DNA of 64,000 nucleotides from Botryllus schlosseri (Eukaryota): assembly GCA_051294905.1 (NCBI GenBank), contig CM119372.1:14570001-14634000 (forward strand), given 5' to 3'. The notes under the pieces were generated by a model. It had not been told where the DNA came from. It worked only from the letters and a program-made list of their open reading frames with translations, and made no database searches. The position numbers and the translations under genes were made by a program. Each line of letters begins with the position of its first letter. Position 1 is the first letter of the stretch. This document shows positions 20,115-31,744 of the stretch, in pieces.

Positions 20115-23100
20115 CTAGTCAGACAAACCTAAATTTATCTCTTCCACAACGAAATCATTATCAAGACCTGGATCCTCGGGTGACAGAAGCCCGCTTGTGT
20201 CGGCAGGATTGGCAGCAGGCTCGAAACAGTATGTATCGCTCAGACTTGAAGATGATGAGCGCGAGCTCAAAGACGCATGTATCCCGCTGTCCTGTAAACA
20301 CAGAGCTCAATATAGTCACATGGAAATATTAAAACCATGCGTTACGAACTCCGTCCCCAAGGTTCGGTTTCGGCAAGCGCTTGCGTTGTTCCTGGTAATT
20401 CGGATTCGCGAACGACGACGAGCCTAGAAACAGAGTATGTCAGCTACTTGAAGTTCTTAGAACTTCCCATATCCCGCGCAAACCTGCTTTCGAATCCACA
20501 ACAATCCGTGACACTTTGCTGGCACTGTCTGCTGGTCTACCGTACTTCATGTTCATGTTCACAGGATAACGGCTTTTTCTGTGCGTGAAAGAACCAAGTA
20601 ACACGATCACGGACTTGGTTACATGCAGGCTATACATTGTACACTACCTGGTCCACTTCCAGCATAGAACTGCACAAGCAAACGAGAGGAGAACCGCAAA
20701 CACGGTCAGCACAGTCTGAGAAGCGGATAATCCGCGCCCGGCAGCTGATGGTGACACGCGAGAGGATGTCTGAAGAACATGTCGCGAGGCTGTGGTAACC
20801 TCGTTAGCTTCATCTTTCTCACAATCTCCTTCGCAAACACATCTGGTCCCTGCAGGGCAACGTCGGCAGTCAGGACACTTGCGTATCAATTGTAGACAAT
20901 CAATATCATAAAAACCCACAAACCTCCGTCATCGATGGAAACGCACGTTTGCTTTGTCGAACACGCTGGACTGCAGACTTTCGGCGTCGGAAGAGGCTTT
21001 CCAACAGTAGTGTAAATTTCTTTTGGGTGTTTGAATTTGCCTCCACTGTGGATTCTCGATCCGCTAGCAATCTGACGACTGGGAACACATTCTTTCAATG
21101 CTTCATCCCACCCGCCGCTCGAACCGCATGTGATTTTCAATGATTTCATGTGTCCACCTTTTGTTGCTGTTTCAACAGGTCAAATATTCAGCGGATTACT
21201 TTGAGGTCTTATTAAATCCTGCTCACCTGACGAAATACGAAATCCGGCATGGCAATAGTAAGTAATTTCATACCCCACCGGATAGCCTATCACTTTTGGA
21301 AGAACTTTCGGGTACGAGATGGAATTTTCGATTTGCCCTGGGTTCGGGCATAGCGTCGACTTCTCGGCAGATTCGGTGCTCCGAACAGCGTACGGGCTTG
21401 TCGGCATTTCAACGTCGCTGGTGGTTGACGTAGGGATATATTGCCGTTTTGTTGACGTCGTGGAAGCCGCTATACGCGAGGAAATGGACTCTGTCACTGG
21501 TATTTCCGTCCTAGGCCAGGCGATATCAGTCGCTGATGCGGATACTGGGCTGGCAGGTTTTGGTAAAGACAGACACCGCCTCCCATCCTTGCTGAGTTGT
21601 TGGTTGTTCGAACACAAACATCGAGGCTCTAGTTTGACCGACTGTAACGATAGGACATCGCTAAAAGAGGATCCGGCGACTAGGACACAGATTCCGCGAC
21701 ACCCCGACGAATCGCAAGGATTTGTTCCTGAACATGAATGAAGCAACTCTTTACATCTTACTTCTCCAGTATAGGTCAGAAATTTTCGGGTCATGCTACC
21801 TAACGGATTGTATTGTATATATTCTACCACGCAAAATCGAGAGCCGTTAGCGAGACTTGATGCATTGTAGCCGACTGTCAAATGAACAAAACTATATGCA
21901 GTTGAGATTTTCTATGATACACATTCAATCCAGAAACATGTCCGGGTGTGCAGCAGGGATGGCGTGAACCTAGTCAAGGTTCAGGTTCGTGTGCACGCGA
22001 ACCGTTTTGAAGGTTCTGTAGGAACGCAAACTTGAACCTCAGACGTCGCGTGACGTCATATTGCTAATTCCAACCCAACATTTCAGGGAAGCGATAGCAC
22101 AGGTACAATTGTACGTGTTACCCAGCGATGACTCGGGCCGCTCAATGCCACAATGCGAAAGTACATATCGACATCTTGAACGCCGCGAAAATTATCAACT
22201 GGGGCAATTAACCAACACTCCCAATCGCACGGATTCATTTTTTTATGATACAATAAACATATGAAATCAAGATTGACCCCGTACGCCTACTGGATTTTTC
22301 ATATCGGACAACGATATCAATTTCATTGATTGGTTGATTAAGCAGCATTTGCCGACTACCTACAGGTAGTGTATTTCGCTCTCGATGTTGTGATTGCGGG
22401 TGTCAAGCTCTCGGCAGAGAGTCACTAAAGACAAAACGCGAACGTGAATCTCGCGTTCACACCAGCCCTAGTGTGCAGTAGAATAATCGAAGTCATTTTT
22501 TGCGAAGTAGGTTACCAGTAATCAGCATTTACCAGTATCCTTGCGACGGTTGCATTCGAAACAAATGGCTGTTTACAACATGTTTTGAACAGTGTTTTGA
22601 ACAAGTTTTGAGAGTTTTAAACGAAGGTCCCTTCCATAAACAGAATTTGTTCATTTCCAAGTTGCATAATTATGCCATAATTGTATACATACTTTCCTAG
22701 AAACATGTAGTAGTATGAGCTTACGGACGATTTACACCCGATATGACAGACGTATACGAAATTGAATGGTTTGAACGCTCGAAATGGGGACCGCCGACCG
22801 TGAAAATGCCGGATGACGATGTGGTGCTGGTGAAGAATATTTTCGGTCCGTATATGACAGGGGTTAGAAGCCCGTTTCGTCAAAGAGCCCTAGTTTCCCT
22901 ATATTTTCAATTGTCAATGTCATTCGACTAGGACTGGGACATGTTTTAACCAAGGGCCACGTTTGTTTGAACATGTTCGTTTTGAATGCCACTCTACTTG
23001 GTGACTTAATATAGTAAGCTTATTCGCTTGTCGTATCACGCTATAATTATTTGTTGATTAGGACTCTCATGCGTCACTGCTAATGATGACCCGACCAGCG

Positions 23101-26100
23101 GTTTCAAAAGCAACGTGGTTCGCGGACCGGAATTCATGTTTGATCGCATTCTTACTGGCCTATGTATCGAATTGAATGAACTCTTCAAACATGATTCATC
23201 AGGTTCCATACCAGTCATATGTCTTTGCAGCACGGCATGAGAAATCCTGGCAACTCCCACTCTATGATTGCGTTGCTTGAGTATCTCTTTACTGTCGTGC
23301 AGGATATTCCGCTTCCCGTAAAGGTCGATGTCATGAACATTCCACGACCTGACTTCGCCGGCGAGCCTATCGGCAACGTACAGATGAGCTTCGAAGATAG
23401 AAACGGACGCGGGACTGATAGGAAATCTCCCGTTCTCCCGCGACATTATGACCTGCGAAAATACATTGTCCCGATGTTTGACGCACCACCGCAATGCATG
23501 ATACCAACCCCCCGCTGCGATCCGTCGAGTTTGATGCTCTCCACCATCGCATTAGAATCGTCGCGACTCGCCCATATCACAGCGTCCTGCACCGCATCCA
23601 CGATGACGTCGGTTGGCCTCAAGCTCCCGCCTTCAACCAAAACACGCGATTCGGAACCATCAGACCTGGCGACTAATATTCTCGGACCACGATACATTCC
23701 GCCATCATCAGCAACCAGGATCAACCTGCAGAAAACTATGTTACAGATGATATATTTCCGGTACACGCCTCTGTTCGATCACCCTTTTTGCGGATAAGCT
23801 GCTACGGAAACGGGATCATTCAAGCCATCAAGTACAGATGCGACGTCGGTAGACGTTTCCTTCAATGTGTCTGATAATTTCATGACGTATACCGCCGACC
23901 TCGAATGGGGCTTTTTCGTAGAAACGACGAGATTTTTCGAGAGCCAATCAACGCATACTGCTTTGGCTTTGAAATCTATTTGATAATTTTTCAACGTGAG
24001 CTTGAGCACTTAACTGCTGCGAGGAAGGCGTATCGGTCTTACTCAGATCAAAGGAGATGATATCCTGTTCTCCGTCGATAGCCTTCAATTTACCAGATGA
24101 CTCCTCGGTCCAGAACACTGCAGAGATGTTCTCATACGGGGCGATATCCAAGATGCTGCTCAAGAGTGGGAATGGTTACACACGTCAAACTACGGGGGTC
24201 TCGATGTCCAACTGTCGAGACGTGGTTTGGTTGTATTGCACAGGTGGTTTTATTTCAGACTACACCTCCACTTCTACTCAAAATCAGTTGTGGGTAAAAT
24301 ACTTAGTCTTCGAGTATATGGTTTACATATGATTGCATCACTTTTTTATGAGTGCAGTTGTCACGACAACTGGGCGGAAGAACTACTTTTTATCACGATA
24401 ACTGGAATATACTTTTCGAACATTCAACTATATTCTACGTTGGCACATACTGCCATTTTTGAAAATGCTACGTTCATTTGTTTAGAGAAGAAATTTACAG
24501 TGTTACTTCTACCAGAGAAGTGCTAGTACTAGAAATTATCGACGCCGTCAGGACGACTAGTCTGACGCCATGGCGATGCCTTCAGCTCGATGCATACGCT
24601 GCGTAGCAATGATGTTCAACCTATATTTTACCTCTCATTCAGGTCTTCGCATTCGTAGAGCTCATCATAGTACAGAGCTCGTTTGCCTGGATCCCTAATA
24701 GAGAGACTCCTGATACCCCGTCCGACTGCTACATAGAGCTTGGGAACTGCGTCTACAAGTGCATTTGTATTTCAAGACAGGGTTAACGCAAACAATCGCA
24801 TTTGAACTTACCGTCGTCCGCTTTACAAGTGTAATTATTCGCATCAATGGAGTATCCGTCCGCGCACGTGCAACGGAATGATCCCACAGAGTTTTCGCAA
24901 TATTGGCTGCAGATGTGTTTGATACCAGCGTAGAACAATGCTTCCAATTTTTTTTCGTTATGGATGTTGCTCGAGAGCATCTCCGCGCATTCGTCGATGT
25001 CAATGCAGCTGACTACGTCGTCGGACAATCTAATACGGCGTCGATAGCCGATTTTGAATTGGACTGTTGATTACAAAATATGATCAACTTACGTGTAGCC
25101 CCAGGAGCAGGTGCAGTGAGCTCCAACTGGTGTCTCGTGACAAATCTGCTCGCACTTTAAGGACCGCGATATGCCAGCTGCAGCACTGCTACAAAGTTTC
25201 GCATGACATAAACCGGCTTCGTCGGAACCATCATAACAATCTTCGAAGCCATCACACACAACGTCCCAAGGCAGGCATCCATCGTCTCCTCGACACGAGT
25301 ACAGTCCATTAGGACAGGTCGCTGAAAATGAGCGCCACCAATAGAATATATACGACTTTCATTGAGTACTGCAACATACAGTTTGAAATGTTTATTTCCT
25401 TGCAGGCTAGCTCATCCTCTCCCTCGTCACAATGCTTCAAACCATCGCATCGCCATATGGGATCCAAACACCACGCCTCACCGTTGAGCTGGCATCTGCA
25501 AGGTTACGTAATTATATGCAAACGGGAGGACTTGTTACGTTCGTTAGGCCTGAACAAGGCAGATGGACAATAGGAGTGCTCAAAAGTGTCTTTTTTTTTC
25601 TCAAATTGTACTGGCTACTTGATAAAATTGTTCCGTTACCTTATTTAAGCCTACACAACAAGTTTGGTTCAATTACAGCCAGTAGCCGCATTGCCACAGG
25701 AGAAGAAAGTTTCTATTCACTACATAAAAAAACAATTTCAACATTTTCTGTTCACCCATCAAAGTGTTAGGTTGTCTACAGAAAATCCTTGAATTATATA
25801 TTATAGTTGCTCCCACCGTAAATACCATTTTATTCAATTCTAAATTTTTCGACGGCAATAACTCCACCTCCAACCAGGTGTTCTACAGAAAATCCTTGAA
25901 TTATTCATGATAGTTGCTCCCACCGTAAATACCATTTTATTCAAATCTAAATTTTTCGACGGCAATAACTCCACCTCCAGTGCTTGGAATTGAGTCAAAT
26001 TTCTTGAACATCGTTTCTATAGACAACCTAACACTTCATGGGGTGAACAGAAAATTTTGAAATTTTTTTTATATTAATTTTTATACAAGAAATGAAAACT

Positions 26101-27658
26101 TTGTTCTCCTGTAGCAATGCGGCTACCGGTTGGAATTGGAACCAAATTTGGTGTGTAGGCTTAAATTAGTTAACCTAAGAACTTTATCAAGTAGCCAGTA
26201 CGATTTGAGAAAAAGTCATTTTTTGAGATCACCCCTATAGCGAGTAGCGACCTCAAATCCCATCATTTGTGGTCTTCGTGCGTGCTACACCGAAATCATG
26301 TGGGCAACGTTACACAAATGCTCATTACCGTTAGAAAGTTGTTGCGATAAGCTATTACACGAAGTTATATCCGAAGCTACGTACGGAAGCGAATCATCGT
26401 CACATTGACAATCCTTTTCGTCCGAGCCATCATTACAGTCGCGTTCCCCATCGCATATCCACGATTGCCAGACACACATGTGATCGGATTGACAGACGAA
26501 GTCACATTGCTGACCAGAATACTTCGGGTTGCTCGCTATAATCGTATTCTGCAGTGGAATAAAATATCGAACAATTAACTAAAAATGTGAAAGCGGTTTG
26601 GACCGGTATAACCTCATCGCATCTGGGCAATGAGCATTCGCGTAGTCAGGCAGGACGAATATTTCCGAGGAGCACAGACATGTGAATGTGACGTCACATG
26701 ACTATTGTGATGCAATGAAAACGAATGGTCCTCATGAGCTAGTCGAAAAATGAGGCGGCAATAGTGTCAAGTCGCGTGTCTCTTGATGTTATCACACTTT
26801 ACAATGTGTCCAACCCGATTTCGAACTTTGTACCAATAACGACATCCAATTGGTATACCAAACTAAATCTCATGTGCGTTCACCGTTCATAAATAAGAAT
26901 CTGTTGGTGAATGCAAACTAATTCCGAACAAATTTGAATACATTTCAATTACTTCTGTACGGCAAGTTGAAAGCCGTGTGCTGAGAACAGAACGAACTAC
27001 ATCCCTGGGATGTATCTCTATAAGAATTGGTGTATTCGACTCATTTACACCTGTTGAAATGGGTGTGAATGCACCTCCTGATAACTGGTAGTGCTGTTGA
27101 CCTGATTTACAACCCTACATTGTACGGCTAACAAATCCAGTATTCTATAAATACTGATCATTAATAATGACTAAACGAGTACGAGGAGTAGCCTATATGA
27201 CTAGTCATATCCAGTGCACTGCTCATTACTATACCGAGCAAACTGCGGGGTCTTCGTCGGAGGTATCGCCATCGAGACAGTCGACTTCCCCATTGCACTT
27301 GAAGCTCTCGTGGATGCACCTCGAGTTGTTGCATCGAAACATCCCGGACTTGCAAGTCTTGTAGCCTGGGGTGACAAAAGCCGACATTGTAAGCGATTTA
27401 CGTTGCCCGAAATGATAACACTCGACGTCCTATACTCACGGCAGTTGGATGGGGATTCATCGGATCCATCCGTGCAGTCTACCTGGTCATCGCATAACCA
27501 GTCGCCGTCAATTTCTTTTCCATCGTCGCACGCCCATGCTAGAACGTTATGATATTATCTCGTGTTCCGAGCTAAATACCCCGACTTATAGCACAGTACT
27601 TACAGGTTACCGCGGGAATCAACGAGACCACGGAAATCCACACCAGCAGGCGACACAT
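20115..27658 (-). CDS. LDL-receptor-family type I membrane protein (signal peptide, 5 LDLa, EGF-A, cbEGF-B, YWTD propeller, EGF-C, S/T-rich region, Sushi/CCP, EGF, TM, NPxY tail), about 1062 aa
   Basis: Exons: 27604-27658, 27440-27538, 27235-27365, 26385-26548, 25380-25495, 25093-25321, 24812-25029, 24632-24752, 24043-24155, 23783-23975, 23509-23725, 23212-23452, 21227-21727, 20924-21166, 20648-20849, 20484-20578, 20350-20423, 20115-20291. All are GT-AG and phase-consistent (3189 nt). Signal peptide [19 protein letters not shown]; LDLa motifs such as [15 protein letters not shown] and [15 protein letters not shown]; DIDEC...[16 protein letters not shown]; degenerate YWTD blades ([21 protein letters not shown]); [20 protein letters not shown]; FANPNY. 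Confidence 0.9.
21954..22470 (+). mobile_element. hAT-type MITE in the LDLR-like intron 12
   Basis: Imperfect TIR CAGGGATGGCGTGAAC / GTTCACACCAGCCCTA; perfect TSD GTGTGCAG (21946-21953 and 22471-22478). Confidence 0.88.
25573..26235. mobile_element. Long-TIR MITE family F, TA-flanked (Tc1/mariner-like)
   Basis: Inverted arms of about 200 bp (...TACTGGCTACTTGATAAA... / ...TTTATCAAGTAGCCAGTA...); TA on both sides; internal tandem duplication of about 100 bp; second copy at 37382-38046. Confidence 0.85.
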
Positions 27659-27912
27659 TCTACGTTGGTGACCGCGTTAACTGATAAACAAAACAACTGA
27701 ACCCAAGGTACATGAAATGAAGAATGATCCGTGTTGGATTCTCATGCGCCTGAAACGATTGCTTCGCCCGTGGTAGGTACAATCATATAATTAGTAATTC
27801 GCGTCAACCAATCAGTCGTTCTTCGTCACTCGATTGAGTTGGCGCTCAACGAACCAGATTGACAATACGAATTTACATTTGGTAACCGATCCACAATGCA
27901 GAGCCCGTGTAT

Positions 27913-28853
27913 CAGCGGTTCTCAACCGGGGGTCCGCGGAGTAGTAGAACTCACATGAACAGAATGACCGTCTGAGATGATATATCCTACTGCGCAGCCT
28001 CATTTTAGTTGCTAAATTGCCAAAAGCTTACTGATGCAAATATTTTGCTGTATGGAGGTGTCTTGTTGGAGATTGTGTAAAAATAAAAAGTTTGATCAGT
28101 CAATCATCTGGTGACTTGGAAATGTTTATAAAAATCCTTTTCTCCTGTGATATACATAACCATTTTTTACATATTAACTTCAAGATGACCTACCAGATAG
28201 AAATCACCAGGCTGGACGGTATATGTTCAATGAAAAAATTACTTTGTCAATTTCGGTGCTATATTTGTTGCGATCACACCCAAATGTGTCGTCGAAAGCG
28301 TTACGCAATACGTTACGTTATTACATTCGCCATCACCTCTCTTTGTGAAAACGGATTTCAACAATCGTTTATACCAAATCGAAGGCGCGGATTTTCAAGA
28401 CACGACCTCGCATTTCAAAACATTCAGCTTCAGAATTCAATTTTAATTAATAAAAGTATTTCCAATTTCTACATAAATAAAAGGCCATGACATTTTTCTC
28501 AAGAAGGTCAGTGGTCATTTCGTTGCTGTTTATTACTGTCCTACAGTTGTTATTTGCAAGGGCCAGAAAACGGTCGCACGATAAAAGAGCTAAATTTGAA
28601 GTGAAACTTTGGGGCAGTTGCAGAATTCGCCTTGAAATATAAAGTCAACACAATTTCTACATAAATAGTACGATTGATTTTCGAGAAAAGTCATTTTGTA
28701 GCTGTTTATCACTAGCCCACAGTTATCATTTGCAGAAGACAGATGACGATTGCACGATAATTGAGCTAAATTTGAACTAAAATTTCGGGGGGTCCGCGGG
28801 GTCCGTGACGGCTCAAAAGGGGCCCGCGAAGACAAAAAGGTTGAGAACCACTG
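27913..28853. mobile_element. hAT-type non-autonomous element just upstream of the LDLR-like start codon
   Basis: TIR CAGCGGTTCTCAACC...GGTTGAGAACCACTG; TSD not clearly preserved. Confidence 0.75.
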
Positions 28854-29574
28854 CTGTATAGGGTATATATCAGCCTACTATCTACTCACAGGAACATCCT
28901 ACACAGAAAACGGTCGCTGCTTATTGGCAGAAACCGCCACTCACAACATGTCCTGTTCCTGGCTCGTGGACAAACTATACAAGACTTAACGAAATAGGAA
29001 AATAACCGCTGTTTATATCGTTATATAGGCTTACTATCTGAAATTTTGCGAGATGCAATTTAGCCAAATGCCGTGTAAGCGATAGATGAAGATGGAACAC
29101 CGATCTACCGCGAACCGCAGCCGTTCTAGTTTCACCGTCATATGCTACATACTTGATCGAAATACAATACAATATTTTTACAACAATGCAATCTCGTCCA
29201 TCAAAATGTAGATATCACGTCGTGTGAATTGCGACATTTAACTATGGCGACTCTTGGTCACGTCGACACGGGAGTGTGAAGTCACGTCACCACGGGGACA
29301 TTTGAGCATGCGGGTTTAATTTTAAAATCGGAACCTATACCTGGTCACACTTGATTTATGGTGAATTCGAATGCATCATGCACCAGGGGTAGAGTACGGG
29401 TTAGAGGCGGGGCTGTAAAGTCATATGCTCACTTGTGGCACGCTTTATGTGTCCACACCACATGCACTTGTGTCCCTACGCCATATCTCCCCGCGGTCGT
29501 GTGTGCCAACTGCCCATGTTCATTAGTCTCCATGCTCAAGAATAATTATGCGGAATTGTCGCATCGCATGCTCT

Positions 29575-29830
29575 CTTAGCGAAAATAGTGTGTATTCACA
29601 CCCAAAGGGTGGTACACGAAAACAGTACCCAACTCAGAATTTTATACCGCGGTCACAAATCCTCCGCGCTCATACCTTCCTATACGTTCCAACGTACAAG
29701 CCTCATTTGGACTATTATGTTGTGTTTGATCTAAACCGTGGTGTAAATCTGAGGTATAGGTTCAGGTTTCGGGTAACATGGGTGTATATTCACACCCATA
29801 CATCACAGGTGGTACACGGATCCAAATAAA
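29575..29830 (+). repeat. Unclassified interspersed repeat family G
   Basis: The segment GTGTATTCACACCCAAAGGG...CAACTCAGAATT...GGGTGTATATTCACACCC is shared with 47560-48105. Boundaries are approximate. Confidence 0.7.
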
Positions 29831-31124
29831 CACTTTATCGTTAAGAGGGTGTTCCACCGTCGTTTTTAATTTAGTTGAAAGTACAGATGTCGGCCAACCA
29901 CTGTAATCGCTGCTGATGACTTACGATCCGAGTATTTGTAGAAACTGCGATGGACACCATTCGCTTTGTCCTCTTAGTTACATCACAATACTTTCATCTC
30001 TTAAACCTCTATTATTACTAGACACTTCACTAGGATGACCATGACCATTGCCGACCAAGGACCAATCATTTGGTGGCGATTTTTTCTGTCCGTAACATAA
30101 TCGAAATTCCCTGGATCCCAAATATATAGGCGACATTTGTTCTGTTTTTGTAATGGAATCTTTACAGACTATTTATAGTTTTCGACACATCGCTGGTTTA
30201 AAATGTTAATGACGCGGTCTAAATTCTCAAAGGTTGAGAACTAACGAACACTGGCGTAGCCAAGGAGGGGCGAAAGGGGCGGTCGCCCCTCCCAAATTGT
30301 TTGAAAAAGTTTCGCAAAATCAATAAATATTACAGTATTTTGGGGCAGATGAATGTAACCTAAAATTTTTTTCGCGCTTCGCGCCATTTAGTGTCAACAC
30401 ATGTATTGATTTTGTTAAAGGTATTCCGAAAAATAAATTCTACCGCAAATACCCACAGTTGTATTTATCTGCATTCTCAATTATGAGAATAGCACAGGAC
30501 CAGTATAGATACACTGGTAGCCCGAGGTCGTTGAGTTGATTGAGTCTAGGGGTGTTAGTCAAGTATGGGGCTGGGGACTGTTAGCCGTCAATTTCTGTTC
30601 CGGAACACACGAAGACATATAGAGTATAGGCTACACGCGACTCTGCAAAGTGCGCTCCCAAAATGATTGACGGTCATAACACCGACGCGTGTATTCCGAA
30701 TATAGATTTTCGGGTGCATAAATGGCTGGCGCCTAATGACTCCGTACCTGCAATCAGACCCCTTTGACATAAATGGGTTTGACATAGGAAAATATCGCCA
30801 CCTCCCGTTAAAAAGGGTTAATATAAAATCGCACGAGTCTGATCAAAGGAGCTTTTTTAATTGGTTTGGTATGTATCAGCGATTCCAATCTTTGAAGTAG
30901 CGTCAATCTTTACCAGAGGTTACTAAATAACCGTGCTTCCACGAAGTAATTAATAAGAATGGCAGCACTTGCTCATATACACGCGCGCACCAATATTATT
31001 GATCAAATTCTTTCATTTATTGGAAAATAATTACGCTCGGCGGTGCGACTAGGCCCGAAATGCACACTGATGGTTCATCACCGCCTAATACAAGTTGTAG
31101 CTGGCAACTGGAAGTTTTCATAGG

Positions 31125-31127
<3 letters not shown>

Positions 31128-31157
<30 letters not shown>
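31128..31157. repeat. (TG)15 microsatellite
   Basis: Direct read of the sequence. Confidence 0.97.
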
Positions 31158-31159
<2 letters not shown>

Positions 31160-31744
31160 TCTAAGAATCGTATGTATAAAAGGGTAGTGATGAAAATGGG
31201 CAATGGAAGGATGTACGGTTCTGCGAGGTGTTTCCACAGGGGAGCTCACCTAAACTCATTAACACCCCGTTTTAAAAAATGTTTTTTTTTCTTCTGGCTA
31301 CGTGGGTACGAGCCTGCGTGTGAGTGATCTTTTGAATGGTCCCAGCATTCTCCGCAAGTCTTGACGTGTAACAACAATAAATGACAACTATGTCCTGCCC
31401 GGCAGCCACCCTCTAGAAATTCATAAATATAGTCTCGCCGTGTGGTATGAACGATATAGATCAAGATGCATCATTAAGTGCCCCCTGAATGTTCTATGAA
31501 ACCACTTATATCAGCCCTACCGGTAAATATGACAATTGAAACGTATTTGCAATATGGAAGCAACAATATAAGGATCCAATTTCATTCATTGAACATGAAA
31601 ATTTTTCGCGTTTCGCGCGAAGGTGTTGACGCCTGATATTTCCACAATCATTATATTATCACATCACTTTATATCTGTAAGTGGAATATATAAAGATCGC
31701 CCCAGATGTTGTGTTAATCATCCAATAAGGGTCCAAGACCATCA

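Noticed and set aside
21728-23211. A second YWTD propeller encoded in 21728-21881 and 22740-23150
   Set aside because: All frames hit stops. Direct splicing 23212->21727 gives the canonical propeller-end to GTNPC EGF-C junction.
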